From: Pseudomonadota bacterium
Lineage (GTDB): Bacteria > Chloroflexota > Ktedonobacteria > Ktedonobacterales > JADMIN01
Reading direction: 5' to 3'
Length of the DNA: 64,000 bases
Assembly: GCA_021324535.1 (NCBI GenBank)
Contig: JAJPIU010000240.1
Location: forward strand, 6,745 to 70,744
How positions within the stretch are numbered: position 1 is the stretch's first letter; each line of letters starts with the position of its first letter. The translations under genes and the position numbers were made by a program. Positions 36,829 through 46,362 of the stretch are shown here, in pieces. Under the pieces are notes generated by a model. That model was given only the letters and a program-made list of their open reading frames with translations. It had not been told where the DNA came from and made no database searches.

Positions 36829-37593
36829 TTAATGGGTATCGTTTAGGAAACTCCACGATTTGAGGTCTCGATCTAAATGATAGCGCAACGTTGCCCGTAG
36901 CAGCGGCTCGATCTCATTACGCAGTGAAGCTTCGATGCGGATGGCGGGCAACGCCTCCCATTCGGAGGTTTGGAGCAGGCGCAGCACTTTGAGCGCGTTG
37001 AGCGAGACGCGCCGCGCGCCAAGATGCAGGCAGGCGGGACAGAGCGCGCCGCCCAGGTCGGGACTGTAGCCGTTCTCTTCCGGGCGCAATGGGGTATCGC
37101 AGTTGACGCACTGATGGAGGTTGGGCCGGTAGCCAAGTTCGCCAAGCAACCGCAGCTCAAAGAAGCGCAACGCCAGCCAGCTTCGCGTCTCTTCATGGGC
37201 CTGCGCGCCTGCCTCCATGCGCCGCAACGTCTCGGCGAAGAGGGTGTAAAAGCGCGGATGGGGATCATCCTCTTCGAGGAAGCGATCCACCAATTCGGCG
37301 ACATACCACGCGCCCGTCGCGTGCCACACATCGCCGCGTAAGGCTTCGAGCCGCTCGCGTCCCTCGGCTTGGGTCACGATGTCGAGGTTGCGTCCGCTGG
37401 CCAACAAGAGTTGTGTGCGCGTGAACGGCTCCAGGTGGCCCGCCAGACGGCTTGTCGTCCGGCGGACACCCTTGGCGATGGCGCGCACCTTGCCATAGGC
37501 GGGCGTAAAGATGGTGAGGATGCGATCCGCCTCGCCGAAGTCTGTGCGGCGAAGGATGATTCCCTCAGTTGAATAGACACGCGGATGTGGCAT
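36829..37593 (-). CDS. recO: DNA repair protein RecO
   Basis: GIILRRTDFGEADRILTIFTPAYGKVRAIAKG OB-fold N-terminus, and C-terminal CxxC...CxxC zinc motifs (CVNC...CPAC). Confidence 0.85.
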   Translation of the reverse strand: MPHPRVYSTEGIILRRTDFGEADRILTIFTPAYGKVRAIAKGVRRTTSRLAGHLEPFTRTQLLLASGRNLDIVTQAEGRERLEALRGDVWHATGAWYVAELVDRFLEEDDPHPRFYTLFAETLRRMEAGAQAHEETRSWLALRFFELRLLGELGYRPNLHQCVNCDTPLRPEENGYSPDLGGALCPACLHLGARRVSLNALKVLRLLQTSEWEALPAIRIEASLRNEIEPLLRATLRYHLDRDLKSWSFLNDTH

Positions 37594-37676
37594 AGGTAGC
37601 TCGAATAGGTTTTCTGGAACGGCTGACTCTCTTACCTATTCTAAGGCAGCGCGCCACATCCGGTCGTGTCCACCCA

Positions 37677-39548
37677 TCAAGGGGTGGGCGTTGGGTCGGG
37701 CGTATTCGTCGGCGTCGGACTCACAGTCGGCGTCGGCGTGGGGGTGGCTGTGGTGGTCGGCGTCGGTGTCGGACTCACAGTCGGCGTCGGCGTGGCAGAT
37801 GGCCCAGAACTGGTGTACAGTGTAACGGTTGTGCCTGCCGGTACAGACGAGTTGGCAGGGGGATTCATCGAAGTTACTTCACCGGCAGGGAGCGAGCTGG
37901 CAATCGTTCCTCCCGGAACGCATTTCAGATTGTGCGTGCTGAGAACGTTGCAAGCTGTGGCGTAGTCATCGCCAACGACATCCGGCACAGTGACATTGCC
38001 CGGACCATCGCTTACATCCACCGTCACAGTGGCCGGTAGGCGCACGCGGGTATTGGCTGCTGGCTGCTGGCCGATGATGGTACCCGCAGGACTCTGGCTT
38101 GTGACATGCTGGCAGACAACCTTCAGCCCCTGTTGCGCGCCTTTTTGCTGCGCCTGATCGCACGTCATGTTGGAGAAAGATGGGACGATAGCAAACTGCG
38201 TGTTCGTGGCTGGCGGGCCAAAGAGGTTGAAACCCGAAGCGGCTATGATCAAGAAGGCGCTCAGGCCAAGCAGGACGACCGCCGCGACCACGATCAGCGC
38301 GATCAGCGGAGTGTTGCGGCGCTTGCGCTCATCGCCATAGGCGTCGCGTGGGGTCGTTTCGTCAGATGGGCGATAGGGCGGAGGCGGATAGCCGCCGTAT
38401 GGCCGGTCGGGGCGCCACCCACCATCGTAGTCCTCAATGGTTGGCTCATCGGAGGTCGTCGGATCATCGAGCAGCGATGGCGGCCCAATTTTCACGCCTC
38501 GCCCCTCCGCGCGGTAGCCACCAATGCGTGGCTCACTGGGGATGGTTGCGCCATTGACGCCGCTGATTAGGCCGGAGCGCAGATTTGGGCCGGAAGGGCC
38601 AGCCACCACGCCTGGCATACTGCGCGCCCCTGGCATGGACACAGGACCAAGCACACCCAAGCCGCCGCCCCGCGCGGCTGGCCCTGAGCCAGGAGAGCGT
38701 ACCGCCTCGCGCATGTAGCTTTCGAGCGCCTGCGCCAGCCGATCTCCATCTTTGTAGCGGTCGCGTGGGTCTTTGGCCATACAGCGAAGGATGATGCGCT
38801 CTAACCCAGGAGTGATGCGCGGGTTGTACTCGCTGGGCGGCGTCGGCTCCTCCTGGATGTGTTTCATCGCCACGGCGACCGGCGTATCGCCATCGAACGG
38901 CGTGCGCCCGGTCAGCATCTCATACATCACGATGCCCAACGCATACACATCCGCCGCCGGTTTGACGATCTCGCCCTGGGCCTGCTCAGGCGCGTAGTAT
39001 TGCACGGTGCCGAGCGTCATGCCTGTGGTGGTCAGCCGCTCAGCCTCGGCGTCTTTATACATGCTGGCGATGCCAAAGTCAGTCAGCTTGACCAGCCCCT
39101 CGTCGTTGAGCATGATGTTCTGCGGCTTGACATCGCGGTGAACAATGCCGCGCCTATGGGCTGCCCCCAACCCCAATGCTACATCATGGGCGATCTCGAC
39201 GGCGCGGTCGTTGTCCAGCACACCCCTCTTTTTGAGGTAGCGGCGTAAGTCCATGCCGTCAATGAACTCCATGACGATGAAGTAACTCTCGTTGCTCTGG
39301 CCGTAATCGAGCACCTGGACAATGTTGGGGTGTTGCAGCGTGGAGGCCGCCAGCGCCTCGCGCTGGAAGCGGGTGACGAACTTGGGGTCGGAACTATACA
39401 TCTCGCGCAGAATCTTGACTGCGACGATGCGTCCCATTTTCAGGTCAACGCCACGGAAGATGGTAGCCATGCCGCCGCGCCCAATCGGGTCTTTGATTTC
39501 ATACCGATCGGCGATGACATCCGGCGTCGGTGGTAGTTCCTGACTCAT
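37677..39548 (-). CDS. Ser/Thr protein kinase, PknB-like, with TM helix, two PASTA domains and a Pro/Thr-rich tail
   Basis: GRGGMATIFRG...AVKIL, HRDVKPQNIM, DFGIA and APE motifs. TM helix IALIVVAAVVLLGLSAFLII. Two PASTA-like repeats. C-terminal TPTPTVSPTPT repeats. Confidence 0.9.
   Translation of the reverse strand: MSQELPPTPDVIADRYEIKDPIGRGGMATIFRGVDLKMGRIVAVKILREMYSSDPKFVTRFQREALAASTLQHPNIVQVLDYGQSNESYFIVMEFIDGMDLRRYLKKRGVLDNDRAVEIAHDVALGLGAAHRRGIVHRDVKPQNIMLNDEGLVKLTDFGIASMYKDAEAERLTTTGMTLGTVQYYAPEQAQGEIVKPAADVYALGIVMYEMLTGRTPFDGDTPVAVAMKHIQEEPTPPSEYNPRITPGLERIILRCMAKDPRDRYKDGDRLAQALESYMREAVRSPGSGPAARGGGLGVLGPVSMPGARSMPGVVAGPSGPNLRSGLISGVNGATIPSEPRIGGYRAEGRGVKIGPPSLLDDPTTSDEPTIEDYDGGWRPDRPYGGYPPPPYRPSDETTPRDAYGDERKRRNTPLIALIVVAAVVLLGLSAFLIIAASGFNLFGPPATNTQFAIVPSFSNMTCDQAQQKGAQQGLKVVCQHVTSQSPAGTIIGQQPAANTRVRLPATVTVDVSDGPGNVTVPDVVGDDYATACNVLSTHNLKCVPGGTIASSLPAGEVTSMNPPANSSVPAGTTVTLYTSSGPSATPTPTVSPTPTPTTTATPTPTPTVSPTPTNTPDPTPTP
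37680..37800 (-). repeat. Imperfect 54-bp tandem coding repeat (PT-rich tail of the kinase)
   Basis: CGGACTCACAGTCGGCGTCGGCGTGG occurs at 37716 and 37770 (plus-strand reading), encoding TPTPTVSPTPT twice. Confidence 0.7.
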
Positions 39549-39932
39549 GCCTCTCTCCGTTGTGACCTGCTGACTCCGCTCTGCTACTGTAGGGCTTTAC
39601 GCGCGGCATGTCAAGCGGTTTCTGTCTTCATGAAAAGCTCTCAGCGTTCCCCAAGCTGATCGCCTGTTGATTCCTGGCGCGCCATCAAGCGTTCTCACCA
39701 TTCGCGCCATCTCGCAGTATAGCATACCTGTGGACAATGTACCCATTGTTGGGCCTAATTGGCCGTGGCAGCCTCCACCCCTGACCCCTCCCCGCGCTGT
39801 GGGAAAAGGGAAAGTGACCAGCACGCCACGAAGGCTGCCTCCACTGTCGTTACATTATACGGCGCAGGTGATCGCCCTGTGGTGTGGCGTCCGTCACTTT
39901 ATCACACACCTGGCGCCCTCTCAGTATCACCA

Positions 39933-41090
39933 TTATGCGCCTGCCCATACCTCAGCCAGAGTACCACGGTACCGGTCGAGCCAGAGCCAGAAGCGATCCG
40001 CCCAGGCCAGCCGCGCCAGCGCATCCTCTTCGTCAAGCTCGCCCTCGTAGTCAGCGTGGAAGACCATATCTTCGCCCGCGCCGTTGGCGAAGACGATGGG
40101 AAACACCAACGCCAGCGCATCGGCCAGCGCGTCGGCCTCGCCAACATCTGGCGGCGCCTCTTGTCCATACGCCGCCAGGAAGCTGTGCGCCCGCACGACA
40201 TCCAGCCCGTCGTCCACCAGTGGCGGCGTCACGCCGGTCGGCTGGAACTTTTCGCCCTCAGGGCGCTCCCAGCGCACGCCGGTAAAGAACAGCAGGCTAT
40301 AGGCAAGCTCGATCAGCCGTTGCTCCCAGTGGGCGGCGTCGAAGTCAACGATAGCCGTTACTTGGCCGCTGGCGTCAGGCGCAAACGCGAGATGGTGCGG
40401 CTGGTAGTCGCCGTGGATGTGGAGCGCGGGGAAGCGTGGCGAGAGGGCCACGGCGGCAAGCTCGCAGCGTTCATCGCAGGCATCGGCCAGCCTGAGCAGT
40501 CCATCGCAGACTGGCTGGCCAAGCGACGACTCATCCGCTGCCGCGTGTATCAGATCAGTATAGGTCTGGGCCAGCGCCAGCGGCGCTCGTTCTGCGGGCC
40601 AGTGATGCTGACCCCAGGAGAACTCCGCCGAGGCTTGATGGAGCATGCCAAGCGTACGCGCGGCCTCGCTCAGACCTGCGCTAGCGGTTGGCCCTTCCGT
40701 CTCGAAGGGCTGCCCAGGGAGCCAGCGTTGCAGTTCATAGACGCCATTGGCCGCGTCCTCGGCAAGGATGGCATAGGTATGCCCATCGGGGCGGGGCAAC
40801 GGCGTGGGGACTGGCAATCCGGCGTCGGCGAGATGGCGCATGAACGCCTGGCGGAAGTGGAGATCGTCTTCGGTGAGGTCGGGCGTCTGGCGGCGCAGCA
40901 GATAGCGCGGCGCGTCGGGCCGGTCAGGATTTCCCTCCTGGCTAATGGCGATGATGGGGCGGAGGATAGCGCCCTGCATGCCAGGGACATAGCTGGTGAT
41001 GCGCCATGCGCCTGCATCGAGTTCCCATGCGGCCAGCGCAACGCGCGCCTCATCCTGCATGGCGTCGAGCGCCGCTGGCCTTGGTTGCAT
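39933..41090 (-). CDS. Phosphotransferase family protein (APH / choline-kinase / homoserine-kinase-II fold)
   Basis: Brenner-type LHIHGDYQPHHL catalytic loop and IVDFDAAHWE metal-binding motif. AAGGAG SD upstream. Confidence 0.75.
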   Translation of the reverse strand: MQPRPAALDAMQDEARVALAAWELDAGAWRITSYVPGMQGAILRPIIAISQEGNPDRPDAPRYLLRRQTPDLTEDDLHFRQAFMRHLADAGLPVPTPLPRPDGHTYAILAEDAANGVYELQRWLPGQPFETEGPTASAGLSEAARTLGMLHQASAEFSWGQHHWPAERAPLALAQTYTDLIHAAADESSLGQPVCDGLLRLADACDERCELAAVALSPRFPALHIHGDYQPHHLAFAPDASGQVTAIVDFDAAHWEQRLIELAYSLLFFTGVRWERPEGEKFQPTGVTPPLVDDGLDVVRAHSFLAAYGQEAPPDVGEADALADALALVFPIVFANGAGEDMVFHADYEGELDEEDALARLAWADRFWLWLDRYRGTLAEVWAGA

Positions 41091-41360
41091 GGTTGGCTAC
41101 TCCTTATGATCTTGATGATCTTGAACACGTTATAGATGCTTATTGAAATTGTAGCGCAGGAATGACAGTTTCTTGGGGCGCCTATGAACATTTCCCCTCG
41201 TTTCCGCTACTCACTCTTTGGAAACGTTGGAAGCGCCGGGGACGAGGGAAAGCATGATGGGAGTTGGCGTATGCGACCGGCAGCGCGGGCGAGGGTGATG
41301 ATCGAGCAAACTGGCGCCTGCGACGCTCGCGTGCAACAGCAGCATGGGGAGAACGCCTGG

Positions 41361-42017
41361 ATGGCTGAACCCGCATCCATAGAGTCGGACGCGCAGTGTG
41401 AGGCTGATGAGCGCGCCCAGGCAGATCGCTTGCTTATCCAACGGATAGGCGCAGGGGATCGGCAGGCGCTCACGACGCTGTATACGCGCTATGGCCAGGC
41501 GCTTCTGCGCTATCTGCTGCGGCTGACACCGGATCATGGGCTGGCCGAAGAGATAGTGCAAGATACGCTGCTGGCCGTCTGGCGCAGCGCCGCCAGCTAT
41601 GAGGGGCGTTCGTCGCCGTTGACCTGGCTGATCGGCGTGGCGCGTCGGCAGGCGCACAATACGCTGCGCCAGCGTGGCTTGTCCCTGATCGAGGACAAAA
41701 CGCTTGAAACAATTACGGCGCCCGCCGTGCAGGCCGACCCCGCCGAGATCGCGCTGGCGAACGTTGCGCGCGATGAACTGATGGCGGCAATCAACCGGCT
41801 CGCGCCAATCCATCGCGAGGCGCTGACGCTGGCCTTCGTGCATGGCCTGACATACCAGGAGATGGCGGAGGCGCTTGAGACGCCGGTTGGCACCATCAAG
41901 AGCCGCCTGTATCATGCGCGCCAGGCGTTGCGCGCGCTGCTGGCGACTGTGAGCGATGGCTCATCCGACGCAATAACATCCGCAGGCAAAGGCGATCTGA
42001 CAAAGGAGGGACGATGA
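41361..42017 (+). CDS. ECF-type RNA polymerase sigma-70 family factor
   Basis: Sigma-2 (EEIVQDTLLAVWRSAASY...TWLIGVARRQAHN) and sigma-4 (REALTLAFVHGLTYQEMAEALETPVGTIKSRLYHAR). Start uncertain: 41361, 41298 or track 41184. Confidence 0.85.
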   Translation: MAEPASIESDAQCEADERAQADRLLIQRIGAGDRQALTTLYTRYGQALLRYLLRLTPDHGLAEEIVQDTLLAVWRSAASYEGRSSPLTWLIGVARRQAHNTLRQRGLSLIEDKTLETITAPAVQADPAEIALANVARDELMAAINRLAPIHREALTLAFVHGLTYQEMAEALETPVGTIKSRLYHARQALRALLATVSDGSSDAITSAGKGDLTKEGR

Positions 42018-42886
42018 TGACCCATCAGATTCCTGAACCGTCGCAGCCATTCTCTCAGCCATCTCCCGATGATGGGCCTATCCGCTCTCGCCCATATGAC
42101 GACCTGCAAGCGGAATCGCGCGAGTGGCAGGCCATCGCCGAGGCGACACGCGCGCTCAGCGCCGATGTTCCGCCGCCCTCGCTGGCCCTTCTCGAAGGCG
42201 TCTGGGCGCAGCTCGATGCTGAAGCAACCCAGACGCAAGCGCCAGTCGCCATGCCTTCGCGTGCAAATACGGCGCTGGCGGCTGGCGGCTGGAGGTTTTT
42301 CATTGCTCAGGCGCGTGTTATTCATCGTGGCGTCTGGCTGGGATCGGCGCTCAGTATCGTGATACTGGCGCTCTTTGCGGCGCTGACGCAAGGCGTGATA
42401 GGAATGAGGGCGCTTGCCGTCTTCATCCCACTAATCGCCGCCGCCGGAGCAGCGTTTGTCTATGGGCGTGAGGCCGATCCCGCGCTTGAACTTGCGCTGG
42501 CTGCGCCGGTCTCGCCGCGTGCGCTTCTGTTGAGCCGTGTCGCGCTCGTGCTAGGGTTCGACCTGACGCTCGGCGTGGGGGCGACCTGGCTGGCGGCAGC
42601 GCTGCATGGGCAGAGCGTTGGCGGGGCGCTGGCGCTCTGGCTGGGGCCAGCCGCGCTGCTTTCTATGGGCGCGCTGTTGCTCTCGTTGCTGCTTGGCCCG
42701 GTGGTGGCGGCGTTCTCTGCGCTGAGCTTCTGGCTGGCGCAGATCATCGCGCTGGATCATGCGCTGGGTGTCCATCTGGCGCTTGATCTCTTTTGGCAGA
42801 CCAATCCGCTGACGCTGCTCGTCGCGATGGCTCTGCTGCTGATCGCGGTTGCCTATACGCCGCGCCAGGAGCGTTGGGCAGAATAA
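42014..42886 (+). CDS. Multi-pass membrane protein, candidate anti-sigma factor
   Basis: ATGA overlap with the sigma gene. About 95 aa of cytoplasmic N-terminus followed by about 6 TM helices. No zf-HC2 motif seen. Confidence 0.6.
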   Translation: MMTHQIPEPSQPFSQPSPDDGPIRSRPYDDLQAESREWQAIAEATRALSADVPPPSLALLEGVWAQLDAEATQTQAPVAMPSRANTALAAGGWRFFIAQARVIHRGVWLGSALSIVILALFAALTQGVIGMRALAVFIPLIAAAGAAFVYGREADPALELALAAPVSPRALLLSRVALVLGFDLTLGVGATWLAAALHGQSVGGALALWLGPAALLSMGALLLSLLLGPVVAAFSALSFWLAQIIALDHALGVHLALDLFWQTNPLTLLVAMALLLIAVAYTPRQERWAE

Positions 42887-42912
42887 AATCTACAGGAAAG
42901 AAGCATGTTTGT

Positions 42913-43743
42913 ATGGGGATGTCTTCACAATCACTGGGGGTGGCTGGCGTGTCGTCGCTCAGGTTGGCTCCCGCAGCCTCATCATTGCGCACGTTTGGAA
43001 TAACGGCGCGCTATGAGTTCTGGATGCAGCTTCGGCGTTATGCGCTCTGGATCATCTTCGCGCTGCTTGGCCTCTTTACGCTGCGCACGTTCAACTCCTT
43101 ACTGTCCGATCCAAATCTCACCAGCGCAAAGATGACGATCAGCGTCTGGTCTAGCTTCATCGCTGAGTTTTCCCCGTTGGGCGCCGGATTGCTGCTGGCG
43201 GATCGTTTCCCGCGTGACCGCGCAACCCACATGGATGAATTGCTCAGCGTGACACCCGCGCCACTGGCGACACGGCTGCTTGGCAAATACGTCGGCGCGA
43301 CGCTGGCGACCTTGCTGCCGATCCTGCTGGTCTATCTGGCGGGCGCCCTGGTGATCATGCTGCATTGGCATGATGTGAGCGTGCTGCCGCTGGCGCTGGT
43401 GGAGTTCGTGGCGACGACAGGGGTAGCTGTATGCTTCGTCGGCGCGTTTTCCATCGCTTGCACGACGGTGATCTGGCCGTTGCTCTATCAGTTTCTCTTC
43501 ATCGGTTACTGGTTCTGGGGCAACTTCCTCAATCCAAAGCTTGGCATCCCTACCCTCAATGGCACACTGCTTACCTCAGATACACGCCTCATTGAGGACG
43601 GGCTTTTCACACTCCCACCTGGCTATGGGCTGCCTACGAGTCCGCTGGTGGGGTGGGAAAGCCTGGGCGCGCTGCTGGGCTGTGCGGCGCTGGCGCTCAT
43701 CGCGACGTGGGGTTTGCTGCGCTGGCAGACGACGCATCGCTAA
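42913..43743 (+). CDS. ABC-2-type transporter permease-like membrane protein
   Basis: Polytopic membrane protein. I prefer the ATG at 42913 over the track start at 42793, which overlaps the upstream gene. Confidence 0.6.
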   Translation: MGMSSQSLGVAGVSSLRLAPAASSLRTFGITARYEFWMQLRRYALWIIFALLGLFTLRTFNSLLSDPNLTSAKMTISVWSSFIAEFSPLGAGLLLADRFPRDRATHMDELLSVTPAPLATRLLGKYVGATLATLLPILLVYLAGALVIMLHWHDVSVLPLALVEFVATTGVAVCFVGAFSIACTTVIWPLLYQFLFIGYWFWGNFLNPKLGIPTLNGTLLTSDTRLIEDGLFTLPPGYGLPTSPLVGWESLGALLGCAALALIATWGLLRWQTTHR

Positions 43744-43754
43744 GGAGAGAGACG

Positions 43755-44483
43755 ATGAACAGTGCATTTCTCCGGCGCATTGGCCAGGAGCTTCGCATCC
43801 TTGGCGCGCTCAACCTGCTGGCGCCGCTGATCGTTGCGGCGATCTACCTGGGTTTCAGCCTCATTGTAGGCTACGCGACGCTGCACAACAGCGGCTCACC
43901 TGCGGATGCGCGTTTCCAGGCGGCGCGCGGCTTGCTGGCGCTCCTCGAAAACGGCCTGCCGCTGATTGGCGGATTGCTTGCCGCGTTTGTGGTTGGTAGT
44001 GATCCTGCCATCGAACTACACCTGGCCGCTGCTACACCCTATCGTTTCACCGCCGGATTGCGCCTGGCGCTCATCATCCTCTGGACGACGCTCTGTACGG
44101 GTGGCGCGGCGTTGGTCATCACCGCCGCTGGCTACTGGCTGGCGATCCTTCAGTCGCTTTCCATCGGGGAAAGCATCCTGCTCTGGCTGGCGCCGCTCCT
44201 CTGGTTCATCGGCGCGGGCGCGACGCTGGCGTTGTTGCTGCGCAGCCGTGCGGCGAGCGGCGCGCTGTTGGGGATGGTCTGGATCGCACAGTTTATTTTC
44301 AAACCACAGTTCTTGCAAAATGGTGTGCTTGAGCGTGTCTACCTGTTCCTGACGGAGGAGGCGGGCGTTCCGTCGTACTGGCTAGCCAACCGGCTGATTC
44401 TGCTGGCGATCGCGCTGGCGCTGCTTGGCCTGACGATGCTCTTGCTGGGGCGGAGTGAATCGCTGCTTGGCGGCGAGCATTGA
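43755..44483 (+). CDS. ABC-2-type transporter permease-like membrane protein
   Basis: MNSAFLRRIGQELRILG... with 6 predicted TM helices. AAGGAGAGAG SD precedes the ATG at 43755. Confidence 0.6.
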   Translation: MNSAFLRRIGQELRILGALNLLAPLIVAAIYLGFSLIVGYATLHNSGSPADARFQAARGLLALLENGLPLIGGLLAAFVVGSDPAIELHLAAATPYRFTAGLRLALIILWTTLCTGGAALVITAAGYWLAILQSLSIGESILLWLAPLLWFIGAGATLALLLRSRAASGALLGMVWIAQFIFKPQFLQNGVLERVYLFLTEEAGVPSYWLANRLILLAIALALLGLTMLLLGRSESLLGGEH

Positions 44484-44519
44484 GATACATGAGATACCTA
44501 CGAAAGAGGAGAGAGAGAC

Positions 44520-45434
44520 ATGGTAATTACGATGCGCGGCGTCACGAAGGTCTATCGCGGCCAGGCGCGGGCGCTCAGCGGGGTTGATCTGACCATCGAG
44601 AATGGCATGTTTGGCTTACTGGGGCCAAACGGCGCGGGCAAGACGACGCTGATGCGGATTCTCGCTGGCATCTTGCGGCCAAGCGCGGGGTCGGTTGTGG
44701 TGGATGGTATAGACTGCTCAACTGAGCGGGGACGCACGGCGGTCAAACGCATGCTGGGCTATCTGCCGCAGGAGTTGGGCGTCTATCCCGACCTCAACGC
44801 GCGCGAGTTCCTGGACTATATTGCCGTGCTCAAAGGGCTGAACGACGGGCGCGCCAGGCGTGCGCGGGTCGCCGAGTTGTTGGAGACGGTCGGGCTGGCC
44901 GATGTGGCCGGGCGTAAACTGAAGACGTATTCCGGCGGGATGAAGCGACGGGTGGGCATCGCTCAGGCATTGCTCAACGATCCCCGATTGCTGATTGTAG
45001 ACGAACCGACCGCAGGACTCGATCCTGAAGAGCGCATCCACTTCCGTAATCTGCTGGTTGACCTGGGCGGCGAGCGCATCGTCATCCTCTCGACGCATAT
45101 CGTCGAAGACATCGCCCAGACCTGCCAGCGGTTGGCTGTGCTCGACAAGGGGCGCATCATCTTCACTGGGACGATTCCGGCGCTGGTAGATGTCGCGCGG
45201 GGCGTCGTCTGGACGGTGACGACGACTGGCCCCAGGCCACAGGGCACGGTGATTGCTATGCTGCGGAGTGGCGAGGCGGCGCAGTATCGCATCCTCAGTG
45301 AACAGGCGCCGGTTGTCGCGCAGGGGATTGTCGCGCCCGCCGAGCCGGGGATCGAGGATGGCTACGTCTGGCTGATGCGCGACCAGCAATCCGCTGGCGC
45401 GATGGCTGAGCTCACCCCCGTAGCGTCAGCGTGA
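44520..45434 (+). CDS. ABC transporter ATP-binding protein
   Basis: Walker A GPNGAGKTT, signature YSGGMKRRVGIAQAL, Walker B LLIVDEPTAGLD, and an H-loop STH. Confidence 0.9.
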   Translation: MVITMRGVTKVYRGQARALSGVDLTIENGMFGLLGPNGAGKTTLMRILAGILRPSAGSVVVDGIDCSTERGRTAVKRMLGYLPQELGVYPDLNAREFLDYIAVLKGLNDGRARRARVAELLETVGLADVAGRKLKTYSGGMKRRVGIAQALLNDPRLLIVDEPTAGLDPEERIHFRNLLVDLGGERIVILSTHIVEDIAQTCQRLAVLDKGRIIFTGTIPALVDVARGVVWTVTTTGPRPQGTVIAMLRSGEAAQYRILSEQAPVVAQGIVAPAEPGIEDGYVWLMRDQQSAGAMAELTPVASA

Positions 45435-46362
45435 ACGGCGGGGCGGGCGTCTTGCGGGCGGCGTCGGCGGCTGTGCGCAGCCGCTCGACCACCTCTGGGG
45501 GAACATAGCGCCCACCCAGCGGCGTAGGATGGATGTTTGGCCCGTGGTAGTCGGAGCCGCCCGTCGCGATCAGGCCATAGCGATCTGCCAGCGCCAGCAG
45601 CCGGTTGACCGTCGCCTCGTCGTACTGGCCGTAGTAGCATTCAAGGCCGCCCAACCCCGCACTGACAAGCGCAGGCAAAATGAGGTCGTCAAGCCCCAGA
45701 ATATACGCCGGATGCGCCAGTGTAGGGACGCCACGCGCCGCGCGGATCATGCGGATCGCTTCAGCGGGCGCCAGCCGGTAGCGCGGCACAAAGCCCGGCA
45801 TTCCTGGATTGAGATAGCGGTCAAATGCGTCGCTGACACTGCTGGCGTAGCCGCCCTCCATGAGCGCGCGGGCGACGTGTGGGCGACCCACGGCGCCCTG
45901 ACCAAGCTGGCGCACACGCTCCCAGGTAATGTTGATTCCCTGCGCGCGTAGCTTCTCCACCATGCGCTCGCCACGGCGTTCACGCAGATCGCGCAACAGC
46001 TTGAGGTTGGCCTGCAAACCTGTGTCGGAGCGGTCGAGAAAGTAGCCCAGGATGTGCGCCTCGCCGCGTGGTTCCAGGTTGGTGTTGATCTCGATACCGG
46101 GGATCACCGTGACGCCAAGCGTCGCGCCAGCCGTTTGCGCCTCGTCCAGCCCATTGGTCGTATCGTGGTCGGTCAGCGCGATCAGGTCGAGACCGGTCTC
46201 GTGCGCCAGCCGCACAAGCTCACTGGGAGCATAGAGGCCGTCCGAGGCGGTGGAGTGGGTATGCAGGTCAATCCGCCGGGGTGGCGCGGCTGATGGATCG
46301 TCGCGCTCCATATCGGCCTGCATTCCCACGGTCGGCTCGCCAAAGTCGTTGTTTTGGTTCAT
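45412..46362 (-). CDS. PHP-domain metal-dependent phosphoesterase (TrpH/YciV-like)
   Basis: [12 protein letters not shown]...ALTDHDT...HILGY motifs. ATGA overlap with rny. Confidence 0.8.
   Translation of the reverse strand: MNQNNDFGEPTVGMQADMERDDPSAAPPRRIDLHTHSTASDGLYAPSELVRLAHETGLDLIALTDHDTTNGLDEAQTAGATLGVTVIPGIEINTNLEPRGEAHILGYFLDRSDTGLQANLKLLRDLRERRGERMVEKLRAQGINITWERVRQLGQGAVGRPHVARALMEGGYASSVSDAFDRYLNPGMPGFVPRYRLAPAEAIRMIRAARGVPTLAHPAYILGLDDLILPALVSAGLGGLECYYGQYDEATVNRLLALADRYGLIATGGSDYHGPNIHPTPLGGRYVPPEVVERLRTAADAARKTPAPPFTLTLRG

Noticed and set aside
37666-37965. 99-aa plus-strand ORF encoding GVGVG repeats
   Set aside because: It is the mirror image of the PT-rich tail of the kinase on the other strand.
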